Below, in pieces: positions 1 through 8,849 of a stretch of 64,000 nt of DNA. The position numbers were made by a program, and so were the translations under genes. The stretch spans positions 32,001-96,000 of the forward strand of contig JBCCQY010000001.1 of the NCBI GenBank assembly GCA_039208735.1, written 5' to 3'. The notes below the pieces were generated by a model. The model was not told where the DNA came from. It made no database searches and worked only from the letters and a program-made list of their open reading frames with translations. How positions within the stretch are numbered: position 1 is the stretch's first letter; every line of letters begins with the position of its first letter. This DNA comes from Myxococcota bacterium (lineage in GTDB: Bacteria > Myxococcota_A > UBA796 > GCA-2862545).

Positions 1-412
1 CGACGACGGACTGCGAGGCTACGTCGAGGTGGGCCACCTCTCCCGTGCCCCGGAGGGTGACGTAAAGGTCGTCGCCGGCCGCCGCGATGCGAAACGGTTC
101 GGTGTGCTTCGGCAATGCGATGGCGACGGGGTCGGTCTCGAGGGTTTGCGGAGCGAAGAAGACGTTGTCGAGTGCGGGGTCAGCCACGTACACGCGTCCG
201 TCGGACAGGGCCAAGGTGCCGCCGTAGATCGGCACGGTGCCGCGCGCGGTGGCAAACGGGTTCCCCTTGGGGTCCGGCGTCGGATCGGGATCGGGATCGG
301 GATCGGGGTCAACGATGGGGTCTGGCTGGGGTGCCGGGACCGGGTTGGTTCCGTTTTCGTCTGGAGTACAGGCCAGGAGGAAAACTAGGCCACACCAAGG
401 TAATTTTTGCAT
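1..412 (-). CDS. Lipoprotein with Pro/Asp linker and YncE-like beta-propeller start (runs off window edge)
   Basis: Not in ORF track. Read by hand: GGAGGT RBS, then MQKLPWCGLVFLLAC (lipobox), PDPDPDPDP linker, then ...GRVYVADPALDNV...EPFRIAAAGDDLYVTLRGTGEVAHLD. Confidence 0.75.
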   Translation of the reverse strand, partial: MQKLPWCGLVFLLACTPDENGTNPVPAPQPDPIVDPDPDPDPDPTPDPKGNPFATARGTVPIYGGTLALSDGRVYVADPALDNVFFAPQTLETDPVAIALPKHTEPFRIAAAGDDLYVTLRGTGEVAHLDVASQSVV

Positions 413-420
413 ACGCACCT

Positions 421-448
421 CCAGTGCAATCCGGCGATTGCAAACTGG
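421..448. promoter_or_regulatory. Inverted repeat TGCAATC-N4-GATTGCA (flanked by CCAG/CTGG) touching the RBS of the 1..412 gene
   Basis: Sequence ccagtgcaatccggcgattgcaaactgg; perfect 7-bp arms. Confidence 0.45.
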
Positions 449-493
449 AAACGCTTGGGCGCTTCGCGGTGTGGAAATTGGATGAGCGAGCGG

Positions 494-985
494 CTACATC
501 GCTGCGGCTAAAGGCGGGTTGGAGAGTCGCTCTTCGAGCGTATCGCGGATCGATCCCAGGGCACGCTTGGTCATCGCGATGTCGCTCTTCGCGTCGAGTT
601 CAAGGGACTCGATACGGCGGGCCAACGCATGATCCCTGGCCCCTTCGCCTCGTCGAAGGTGCCGAGCCGCACGTTCCAAACGGGCTCGCGCCGGGCCAAA
701 CTGCCGGCCATCCACATCACCGATCGCGCGCGTCAAATCGAGCATCGCCCACAGCCGAACGTTCTGGTGATGGTCTTCCTGATGGCTCAAGGCGAGCTGC
801 TCTTTTTCTGTCGCGCAGGTTTCGATGGTTTGCGCCAACGTGTTCTCAAGACGATGCTGCTCGGCGTTGTCTCGGTAGAGCGTCAAGGCCGTGGTGAGCA
901 TTCCCAAACCGGCGGCCCCTCCAAGCAGGGCTGCGACAAGCGGGAGGGCAGGGGTTCGCTTCGCTCGGGGGGCTCGTCTCGTCAT
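494..985 (-). CDS. Hypothetical membrane-anchored coiled-coil protein
   Basis: GGAG RBS before ATG at 985; one hydrophobic segment (LVAALLGGAAGLGMLTTAL) followed by a helical region. Confidence 0.65.
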   Translation of the reverse strand: MTRRAPRAKRTPALPLVAALLGGAAGLGMLTTALTLYRDNAEQHRLENTLAQTIETCATEKEQLALSHQEDHHQNVRLWAMLDLTRAIGDVDGRQFGPARARLERAARHLRRGEGARDHALARRIESLELDAKSDIAMTKRALGSIRDTLEERLSNPPLAAAM

Positions 986-1042
986 AGCAATCTCCAACCG
1001 TACGAAACTTTGACGTTGCGACTCCGTTGTTGCACGCCCACC

Positions 1043-1058
1043 GTGACACGAGTGTCAC
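1043..1058. promoter_or_regulatory. Palindrome GTGACAC-GA-GTGTCAC, putative operator
   Basis: Perfect 7-bp arms upstream of the 494..985 gene; extra half-site GTGTCAC at 1091-1097. Confidence 0.45.
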
Positions 1059-1169
1059 TCCTCAAGAGGCCGTTCAAAGCTGCTCGGTGGGTGTCACAGG
1101 GGGGTAACGGAAATGCACGAAGCGCGGTGCGGACCACAGGCCTGGTGCTGTTTCGCTCCTCTAGGCGGA

Positions 1170-1595
1170 CTACAGCTCGCAGGCGCGGAACACGCCCTCG
1201 TTCGCCACCGCCGACACGTTGGACGGTAAGGTCTTCATCTTGCCGTCGTAGCAGCCGTGGTTCTTGAGCGTTCCTGTATAGCGAACACCGTTATCGCCCG
1301 TAAACTTGATTCGGAGCTTGTCTTTGATCGCTCCATTGCGGTTGGTCTTTTGAAACATCGACCATGTGCCCCAGGCCGAGTCCTCGAAGGTCTGGCCATT
1401 GTCGAGAATCACCACGGTAACTTCGGCGTCACCGTCTGCGGCGTCAACCGAGTCGGCCCACAGCTCGACCAACGTGCGGGGGCACGCCGCGTTGAACGTG
1501 GTCGACGACCAACAGTAGGTCACCTCGAGGGTGCCGACGTGGACTTGATCCTGTGCAGACGCAGGCAAGGCGAGTGAGAGAAGGGACAGAAGCAT
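1170..1595 (-). CDS. Secreted hypothetical protein (141 aa, 4 Cys)
   Basis: GGAGG RBS; signal peptide MLLSLLSLALPASA-Q; beta-rich mature part. Confidence 0.75.
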   Translation of the reverse strand: MLLSLLSLALPASAQDQVHVGTLEVTYCWSSTTFNAACPRTLVELWADSVDAADGDAEVTVVILDNGQTFEDSAWGTWSMFQKTNRNGAIKDKLRIKFTGDNGVRYTGTLKNHGCYDGKMKTLPSNVSAVANEGVFRACEL

Positions 1596-1701
1596 GGAAC
1601 CTCCAAGGCGGTTCGTCGACCGCGTTCCGGGTCTCCACGGCTCAGGCCGGCTCGCGTTGAGTCCACGGGGGCCCGATAAGAGACGGTCGGGAGACGCTCA
1701 C

Positions 1702-4700
1702 GTGCCTGGCCCTTTTGAACTGCAACACCCGATCGGTCGCGGTGGCCTTGGTGAGGTTTGGGGAGGGGTACACCGAACCTCGGGATTGCCTGTTGCCATC
1801 AAGGCGGTGGCCACAGCTCCCGCAGCCTTCGCGCGCGAAGTCGAGGCGGTTGCCATGCTCGACCATCCGCGAATCGTCTGGATCCTGGACCACGGGGTTG
1901 CGGACGGCTCAGATGCCCTGGCCAAGGGAACTCCTTGGCTTGCAATGCAACGCGCCACCGGTACGCTCGCCGACCTAAGCCCTTTGTCGTGGAACCAACA
2001 GCGTGTCGCGTTGGTTGGACTTCTTCAGGGTCTGGCCCATGCGCACGCACGAGGGGTCGTTCATCTCGACGTCAAGCCGAGCAACGTGCTCGTAGGATGC
2101 CGACGCCACCCCGCGGACCCCTTGGCGCATCCGACAGATGGCCTGTGTCTCGCCGATTTTGGCATCGCAAGGCACGCGAAGTTTGCGCAGGTTCCACTGG
2201 CGGGAACGCCGAGGTTCATGGCTCCTGAGCAACGGCAGGGGAAGGGTCCGCTTGGGCCATGGACGGACCTCTATGGCGTGGGATGTCTCGCTTGGGCGTT
2301 GGCGACCGGCGGGCCCCCGCGCCCCGGTGAACGGCCCATCGCACCTGCGGGCGTCCCGAAGGGCTGGATGGCGTGGGTCGATCGACTTTGGGCCCATGAC
2401 CCGGTGGACCGATTCGCGAGTGCAGCTGCGGCGGTCGCCGACTTGCTCGACTTGGGCGTTGCGGTTGGAGCCTCGTCCATCGAGCGTTCGGGGGAACTCG
2501 GAGACCTCACCACGTGCGCCGTCATCGTCCCTGAAGCTCCAGAAGTCTTGATTCAACCTTCGGAGAGCAGAACGCCAACGGTGTTGCGCCCGCTTCCGGC
2601 CACCTGGCAAACCCAGCGCGTACCTTGGCCGTCGCCCTCCTTGGTGGACGCTGGGCGGGGGCTGATCGGGCTCCGACAGTTGCCCTTTCGAGGGCGAGTG
2701 GCCGCTTGCGATCGGCTGTGGTCGTCGCTCGCCTCGGTGAGTGAGGACAAACGCGCAAGGGTTGTGGTGTTGCGGGGGGCGTCTGGGGTTGGGGTGACCC
2801 GGTTGGGGCGATGGCTTGTCGAACGAAGCCACGAGGTGGGTTCGGCGACGGTCCTTCGGGGGCCAACCCTTCTCGAAGCGATGCAGCAGTGGGTGGCCCA
2901 CGTTCGGTCGAGGTTGCCCGACTGGATTGTGGCGGATGTTGGTGAAGGAACCATTGGCCCAGGTCTGGTTCGGGAGACCCTCGCCGACGCGGCCAGACTG
3001 GCGCCGGTGGTGATTTGGGTGGACGATGTCGCCCTCGACGAAGTTGCTTTGGAAAGCATCCGCCGACACTTGGCCATTCAATCTGTGGATCCCGTACCTG
3101 TGTTGTGGGTTTGCGGCTCGAGAACCGAAGATGCAGCCCCATCATCGGCCCTTGCCGCTCTGGAGCAGCAGGACGACGTCGAGACGATCGAACTCCTTCC
3201 CTTGGAGCCGAGCGATCATGAAGCGTTGGTCGCTGACGCGTTGCAACTTGATGAATCGGCTGCGCTCTGGCTTGCCGACCACACACAGGGCCATCCTGGG
3301 CTTGCCGTTTCGTTGCTTCAGGAACTCGTAGCGGTAGACGCGCTGATCTCCGGTCCCGATGGATTTGTGTTCCGGCCCGGGGTGCGCCTGTCGACCTCGA
3401 ACGATCAGGTCACTAGCTGGGAACGTCGCATTGCGAAGGTTGTGACCGAACCGGTACAACGGAGGGTGCTGTGGCTGGCCGCCATCTTGGGTCCGGTGGA
3501 GGCACTGCAATCTAGGTTGAGAACTGCATTTCCGGGTACGGATGTGGTGGGGCTTCACGGTCGGCTGATTCGGGCCGGCCTCGCTACGTCGGATAGGGAG
3601 CGCATGGAGTTGCGCAGTCCAGGCCTAAGGCAGGCGCTGATCTTTGAAGCGAAACGTGCCGGAGTGGCGCAGGAGCTGCATCGAACCGCATTGACGTTCC
3701 ATCCCCACGATGCGGACAACCCCTGGGCCTTGGAGCGGCGCGCCCATCATGCAGACGGAAGTGGCGATGCGGCCTTTGCATTGGCGTGTTGGCTCGATGC
3801 GGGCGAGAGCTGGCGGATGAGAGGAGCGTTTCGCCGCAAACATCGATCGGCGCTCGAGGCATGGAAACGCGTCGTGGATCTTGGATTACCGGCTTCAGAT
3901 AAACGTCATGCTCGTGCATTGGCCCTGGTGGTGCACTCGGTCATCAAGGGGCCCGGGCACCCAGAACATGTTGCTCAGTGCGAGTCCCTCATCGAAGCAG
4001 CGATGCGTGGAAAATGGCCGGAACTCGAGTTCACCGGTCGACTCTTTTTGGGCATCTCGTTGTCGCGCACCGATCGGTATGAAGAGGGAATCTCCGAGAT
4101 GGAGCGCGCCGGTGAGTTGGCGGCTAGATTGGGCATCTGGAACCGTGCGGTGGCCGCGTGGTCGCAGCTTGGTCATGCGATGGCGGGCAAGGGCCGTTTC
4201 GAGCACGCGGAGCGGTGGTTTGAGCGATGCATCGAGGTGGCGCCAAGGCTCGCCGATCCCGCTTGGCCGAGTGACCCGGCGTGGGCCATCGTCCGGGGCC
4301 ATTGCGGCCTGTCGAAGCTCGCACGGTTGCAGGGACAGCTGGACCAAGCGTTGCACCACTCTGAAGTAGCCGCGGGCGCGTGTGAGGGCATCAACCCTCA
4401 ATTTCGAGCCCTCGCCGACGCGATGATGTCGTCGGCGCTCCTTGCCCTCGATCGCCCGGCCGCGGCCGAGCCCCTGATTCGGCGCAGCATCGCGTATGCG
4501 CGAAGGACGGGTTCGCTTCGGGATGAGGTGCAGTACCTGGCCTTGCTCACCGAGGTCCTACTTCGGCAAGGCCGGATCAACGAAGCGGAGGAGACCGGTC
4601 GCCGTACGCTGGGCCACGGGAGGCGGGGTAACCAGAGCCCCACATGGTTGCTTCTTGGGTTGATCGCCATGGCCAAGGCCGACTGGACGGGTGTCGCTGC

Positions 4701-4974
4701 CGTGTTGAACGCCGAACGGGTGGAACGCGCGTTGCTCAGTGCAGAGCACGATGTGCTGTTAGCGCTCCTCCACCTTGGGGTGGACCTCGCCTCCGGGACG
4801 GCGGCCGATGGCGCTGAACGTGTGGACGAACTCCGAATGCGGTTGGAGCGCAGCCCCCTGACCCCTTCCAGCTTGGTGGTGCAAACGGCGGAGGCCTTGC
4901 GAACCCATGCGGATCAACGGCTAGAGTCGTCCATCGATCACTTTGTGACGTCGCTTCGGAGCCGGCCCTCGTGA
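1702..4974 (+). CDS. Hanks-type Ser/Thr protein kinase + STAND-like P-loop domain + TPR repeats
   Basis: IGRGGLGEV, VAIK, HLDVKPSN, DFG and APE motifs; GASGVGVTR and VIWVDDV Walker-like motifs; helical TPR-like C-terminus. GTG at 1702 chosen as start (ORF track opens at 1594). Confidence 0.9.
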   Translation: MPGPFELQHPIGRGGLGEVWGGVHRTSGLPVAIKAVATAPAAFAREVEAVAMLDHPRIVWILDHGVADGSDALAKGTPWLAMQRATGTLADLSPLSWNQQRVALVGLLQGLAHAHARGVVHLDVKPSNVLVGCRRHPADPLAHPTDGLCLADFGIARHAKFAQVPLAGTPRFMAPEQRQGKGPLGPWTDLYGVGCLAWALATGGPPRPGERPIAPAGVPKGWMAWVDRLWAHDPVDRFASAAAAVADLLDLGVAVGASSIERSGELGDLTTCAVIVPEAPEVLIQPSESRTPTVLRPLPATWQTQRVPWPSPSLVDAGRGLIGLRQLPFRGRVAACDRLWSSLASVSEDKRARVVVLRGASGVGVTRLGRWLVERSHEVGSATVLRGPTLLEAMQQWVAHVRSRLPDWIVADVGEGTIGPGLVRETLADAARLAPVVIWVDDVALDEVALESIRRHLAIQSVDPVPVLWVCGSRTEDAAPSSALAALEQQDDVETIELLPLEPSDHEALVADALQLDESAALWLADHTQGHPGLAVSLLQELVAVDALISGPDGFVFRPGVRLSTSNDQVTSWERRIAKVVTEPVQRRVLWLAAILGPVEALQSRLRTAFPGTDVVGLHGRLIRAGLATSDRERMELRSPGLRQALIFEAKRAGVAQELHRTALTFHPHDADNPWALERRAHHADGSGDAAFALACWLDAGESWRMRGAFRRKHRSALEAWKRVVDLGLPASDKRHARALALVVHSVIKGPGHPEHVAQCESLIEAAMRGKWPELEFTGRLFLGISLSRTDRYEEGISEMERAGELAARLGIWNRAVAAWSQLGHAMAGKGRFEHAERWFERCIEVAPRLADPAWPSDPAWAIVRGHCGLSKLARLQGQLDQALHHSEVAAGACEGINPQFRALADAMMSSALLALDRPAAAEPLIRRSIAYARRTGSLRDEVQYLALLTEVLLRQGRINEAEETGRRTLGHGRRGNQSPTWLLLGLIAMAKADWTGVAAVLNAERVERALLSAEHDVLLALLHLGVDLASGTAADGAERVDELRMRLERSPLTPSSLVVQTAEALRTHADQRLESSIDHFVTSLRSRPS

Positions 4975-5732
4975 CCACACCCTCGATGGTTCTGCGGGTG
5001 TTGAAGTCACCCGAGGGTTCGGCCTTGGCGGTTGGCACGACGTTTACCCTTCGCAAATCCACGACCGTCGTAGGGCGGTCGCCTGCGGCCGACGTCGTCC
5101 TTCCCGATCTCACCGTTTCGCGGGAACACGTTCGCATCGACATTGGAACCCGGGTCCTCGTCACGGCACTGACGGCGTCCAACGGAACCTTTCTCGATCG
5201 CCACCGCTTGACTCCGGGAACGCCTCGTGATGCGGTGCTGAAGGGGGCAGAGCTACAACTAGGCGGCGTGATCCTCGATCTTTTCGTGCTGGGTGACACG
5301 ACGCCGGTGTTCGAGCCGCTGACGCAAACGGTGTCCCCCTCCCTCAAAGACCCATTGTTGGTGGTCACCTGGGATGCGGGCCAGTGCTCCGCTCGTACTG
5401 GACGGCGAGACCTCGGACTGACGGCGGGCCCCGCCCGATTTCTCGGGCTCCTTGCGGATCGAGCGGGGGAAGTCGTGCACTACTGGGATCTGGAGCATGA
5501 ACTTCAGACCTCCCATCTGGCTCCGCTGGCCAGTCTGGTCCGCCAAGCGTTTCTTGCCGCGATTACCTCGGGGGCCATCGATGAGGGCAGGGTTCGGCTT
5601 CAGATCGGGGAACGCACCGGACGGCCATGCGCTGAGGTCCCGCTGCCACAGTTGATGCGGCATTTGCTTCAGTCGCGAAGGGGCCATGGCTACATTCTGA
5701 ATCTCTCGGATGTGGAGGTTATTCGAGTCTAA
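4971..5732 (+). CDS. FHA domain + C-terminal OmpR/PhoB-like winged-helix protein
   Basis: FHA motifs VGRS..., VSREH, SNGTF; C-terminal LQSRRGHGYILN wing motif; GTGA overlap with the kinase stop. Confidence 0.8.
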   Translation: MTTPSMVLRVLKSPEGSALAVGTTFTLRKSTTVVGRSPAADVVLPDLTVSREHVRIDIGTRVLVTALTASNGTFLDRHRLTPGTPRDAVLKGAELQLGGVILDLFVLGDTTPVFEPLTQTVSPSLKDPLLVVTWDAGQCSARTGRRDLGLTAGPARFLGLLADRAGEVVHYWDLEHELQTSHLAPLASLVRQAFLAAITSGAIDEGRVRLQIGERTGRPCAEVPLPQLMRHLLQSRRGHGYILNLSDVEVIRV

Positions 5733-7457
5733 CTAGCATCCCGGCAACACCGCCCCGGTCGCGCGGTCGTAAACTGCGCCGGCATCGAGGTTCGAAAAGC
5801 CCACCTGGCCACACGACAGGGCGCTATCTTCGTCGGCGAGGTAGATCCCATAGCCGCCGCCCGGACCGATGGTGACGTCGTTGAGGGAGACGTTGGCGAT
5901 AGCGGTCAGGAACAGGGCCGCGGCGGATTCGCCATCGCCCGTGAACCGGTTGGCACCCGTGTCCCGCAGCACCGTATGGTTGAGGGTACTCAATGCACCG
6001 CCTGCGAACTGGATTCCCGTCCAAAAACCTCCCGTTCGCTCCTCGGCACCTTGTACGGTCACCGGCCGATCTGCGGTGCCCATCGCGTCGAAGCGCCCAT
6101 CGTCGTCAACGATGATGGAGGTGTCCTGCTGCACCTCGATGACCACCCCGGGCTCGATCGTAACGTCAGCCTCGATGTAGAAGCGGTCGCGGATGGCGTA
6201 GGGGACTCCCAAGTCACGCCACGTCGCATCAAAAGTCACCGAGTCGGTGTTTCCGTGAACCACATCAATCCGATTGAGGTCGTTTTCCTCGATCACGCTG
6301 GTGCCGTCCAGTTCTCCAACCCGGTCAGGATGCAGGAACATCGCACGCCCACCATCGACAAATCGGTTGTCGCCAAACCGAGCCAGCGAGGCTTCGTCAC
6401 TCGCCCACACGCCGTAGCGATCATGCCGGCGAAAGGTGGTTTGGGTGACGGACGCCGTCGAGGCTGAATTGAGCCACAGCGCGGCGGAGGTGCCATTTCG
6501 TCCATTCCAGTCGTCGCTGCCGGCATCGGCGATCTCGGCGTGTTGAAGCACAATGCCGGCTCCGATTGCGCCGCCGTCTGACGCCACTGCGATGCCCTGC
6601 CAGAATCCGCGCATGCTGGAGGTGCCTCGAAAGACAATTGGGTTCGTTTCCGTACCTTGGGCGTCCAGCGAGCCCCCCGTCTGAATCCGTAGGCTCGCGC
6701 CCTGACTGAATTCAAGGGTGGTTCCAGGCTCAAGCGCCATGGCTCCTTCCACGTAGAAGCGATCCTCGATCCGCCAGGGCACTCCAAGAGCGGCCCAGGT
6801 CTGGTCTTGAATCACCACGTCGTTGTTCGAAAATCCAACCCGCACGTAGGGATTGGTGTTTTCGATGAAGCTTGCGGTGAGGTTTCCCGCCACGTCGGGA
6901 TGAACGAAAGCTGGCGTGTCGTTGGCCTCAAAAACGAGATTTTGAGTCGCGAGTTGCACGTCGGACGTCGCGATCAGGCCGTGACCTGCGCTGCCCCGAA
7001 TCGTGACGTTTTCGAGGGTGAGCGATGCATTGCCATCCAAGAACACCGCCCCCGCGGACCACGTGGCCCCATTCCATCTGTCAGACCCGGCATATTCGAT
7101 CGTCGCGTGCTCCCATGCGTTGTCGGAGCCCGCGCCGAGGACTTGAATCCCCGTCCACCCAATGAGGGGGTCTCCAGTTGTCCACGTTACGGGCTCTTCC
7201 TCGGTTCCAGCCATTCGGAGCATGCCGCCAGGTTGGACGCGGACTCCCAGGTCCGCGGCGATGCCGATCGAAACACCGGGCTCGATGGTGACGGTGCCAT
7301 CTGAAAGGTTGAGTGGCTCCTCCACCCGCCAGCAGGACCCTTCCTCTAGAACGAGTCCTCCAACGAACTGGGCGTCGGTCAGCTCCTCGCAAGTCGAAAA
7401 GTCAACGCCCGAATCGCAAGCCGCGGTCATCAGCAACGCCATCGTCCAACGGTTCAT
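5733..7457 (-). CDS. Lipoprotein with right-handed parallel beta-helix repeats
   Basis: GGAGGT RBS, MNRWTMALLMTAAC lipobox; repeated W..LGVP.-DRFY.E-TIEPG and GFW.GI units. The upstream extension to 8273 in the ORF track is a shadow of the opposite-strand gene. Confidence 0.8.
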   Translation of the reverse strand: MNRWTMALLMTAACDSGVDFSTCEELTDAQFVGGLVLEEGSCWRVEEPLNLSDGTVTIEPGVSIGIAADLGVRVQPGGMLRMAGTEEEPVTWTTGDPLIGWTGIQVLGAGSDNAWEHATIEYAGSDRWNGATWSAGAVFLDGNASLTLENVTIRGSAGHGLIATSDVQLATQNLVFEANDTPAFVHPDVAGNLTASFIENTNPYVRVGFSNNDVVIQDQTWAALGVPWRIEDRFYVEGAMALEPGTTLEFSQGASLRIQTGGSLDAQGTETNPIVFRGTSSMRGFWQGIAVASDGGAIGAGIVLQHAEIADAGSDDWNGRNGTSAALWLNSASTASVTQTTFRRHDRYGVWASDEASLARFGDNRFVDGGRAMFLHPDRVGELDGTSVIEENDLNRIDVVHGNTDSVTFDATWRDLGVPYAIRDRFYIEADVTIEPGVVIEVQQDTSIIVDDDGRFDAMGTADRPVTVQGAEERTGGFWTGIQFAGGALSTLNHTVLRDTGANRFTGDGESAAALFLTAIANVSLNDVTIGPGGGYGIYLADEDSALSCGQVGFSNLDAGAVYDRATGAVLPGC

Positions 7458-7562
7458 GAGACCTCCTGGACTAGCGGGTAGGCGGGTCGAAGCGGACCGC
7501 CCTTCGCGATTGCTTGGCGTTTTCTTGGAGGGCCCATGGCCTACAATGTGGTGGGAGGTGAA

Positions 7563-8849
7563 ATGCTGGTGTTGTCGTGGTTGATGGGATGCGGCGGAAT
7601 GGGGGAGGCAGGCCCTGATTCCAGACCAACCTTCGCCGATGTCGGCCCCATCTTTGAGCAACGTTGTGTGGGCTGTCACCAAGACGGAGGGATCGGGCCG
7701 TTTCCGCTGACGGATTACGACAATGCGCAGATGTGGGCTGAGGCGTCGGCCGCGGCGACCGCCGCCCGCACCATGCCCCCGTTCCTCGTGGTGGGCGATG
7801 GCACGTGTGGGGATTGGGTCGATAGCGAGTGGCTCACCGACGAAGAACTCGCGACCATCGCGGGCTGGGCCGAGGCGGGGGCTCCCGAAGGCGATGGCTA
7901 CGACGTCCAAGTTCCCGTGCCGCCGAGCCTCGAAGGGCCGGCGACCGAAGTGACGACCCCCGACTTTCTGCCCGAAATTGTCGGAGGCGAACTGGCGGAA
8001 TTCGACGAATATCGCTGCTTTGAAATCGAGTGGCCCCGCGAGGGGCGAACCTTCCTGACCGGCTACGATGTCATTCCCGGCAACCCCGCGCTCGTGCACC
8101 ACGTGTTGGCCTATGCCATTCCCATGGACGACCTGGCGCGCGACGGACAACGCACAAATCGAGAAGTGATCGACGGGCGCAAGGACGCCAATCGGGAAGG
8201 ATGGCCTTGCTTTTCGGGGGTAGGTCCTGGCGTTGACGCCGGGCCTGAACTCGTGAGTTGGGCGCCCGGTCAAGGCGCGGTCACCTTGCCGGACGGGTCA
8301 GGCATCGGCATCGACGCTGACGCTACATTGGTGGTCCAGGTGCACTACAACCTCGTGGACCCCAACGTTCGCGGTCAGCGGGATCAGTCCACGGTACGCC
8401 TGCAAGTAGCCGATGCGGTGGATCGCGAGATTGCGGTACTCCTCCCGGACTTATTCCTGAGCGGAGATACCGCTGTGACCCAGCTGCCGCCAGGTGAATC
8501 GGCCGTCGAAGTGGCGTACGACATTCCGATTTCGGTGGTCACCGACCTGCCGCTTGAGTTCGATCTATTGGGCTTCTTCCCGCATATGCACGAGCGCGGG
8601 CGTCGCATGTCGGTCGCATTCAGCCATTCGGACGGACGAGAAGACACCTGCGTGGGTCAAGTGGACAACTGGGATTTCGACTGGCAGCGCATTTACTTCT
8701 ACAACTCGCCCATTCGGTTTTCGACGGCAGACACCCTCACCGTGCGATGTGAGTACGACACCACCGGTGAAAGTGAGCCCATCCTGCCCGGTTGGGGGAC
8801 ACAGAACGAGATGTGCCTGCCTGGCGTGTTCATCAGCCTGGCGCAGTAG
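7563..8849 (+). CDS. Lipoprotein: c-type heme domain + copper type II (PHM/DBH-like) monooxygenase domains
   Basis: GGAGGTG RBS; lipobox LMGC; CVGCH; VHHVLAY, QVHY, PHMHERG and NEMC copper-ligand motifs. Confidence 0.8.
   Translation: MLVLSWLMGCGGMGEAGPDSRPTFADVGPIFEQRCVGCHQDGGIGPFPLTDYDNAQMWAEASAAATAARTMPPFLVVGDGTCGDWVDSEWLTDEELATIAGWAEAGAPEGDGYDVQVPVPPSLEGPATEVTTPDFLPEIVGGELAEFDEYRCFEIEWPREGRTFLTGYDVIPGNPALVHHVLAYAIPMDDLARDGQRTNREVIDGRKDANREGWPCFSGVGPGVDAGPELVSWAPGQGAVTLPDGSGIGIDADATLVVQVHYNLVDPNVRGQRDQSTVRLQVADAVDREIAVLLPDLFLSGDTAVTQLPPGESAVEVAYDIPISVVTDLPLEFDLLGFFPHMHERGRRMSVAFSHSDGREDTCVGQVDNWDFDWQRIYFYNSPIRFSTADTLTVRCEYDTTGESEPILPGWGTQNEMCLPGVFISLAQ

Noticed and set aside
281..310. (GGATCG)n microsatellite as a phase-variation tract
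   Set aside because: Unit of 6 bp keeps the frame; it encodes a Pro-Asp linker.
7458..8273. N-terminal extension making an 846-aa beta-helix protein
   Set aside because: Overlaps the monooxygenase on the other strand; RBS and lipobox mark 7457 as the start.
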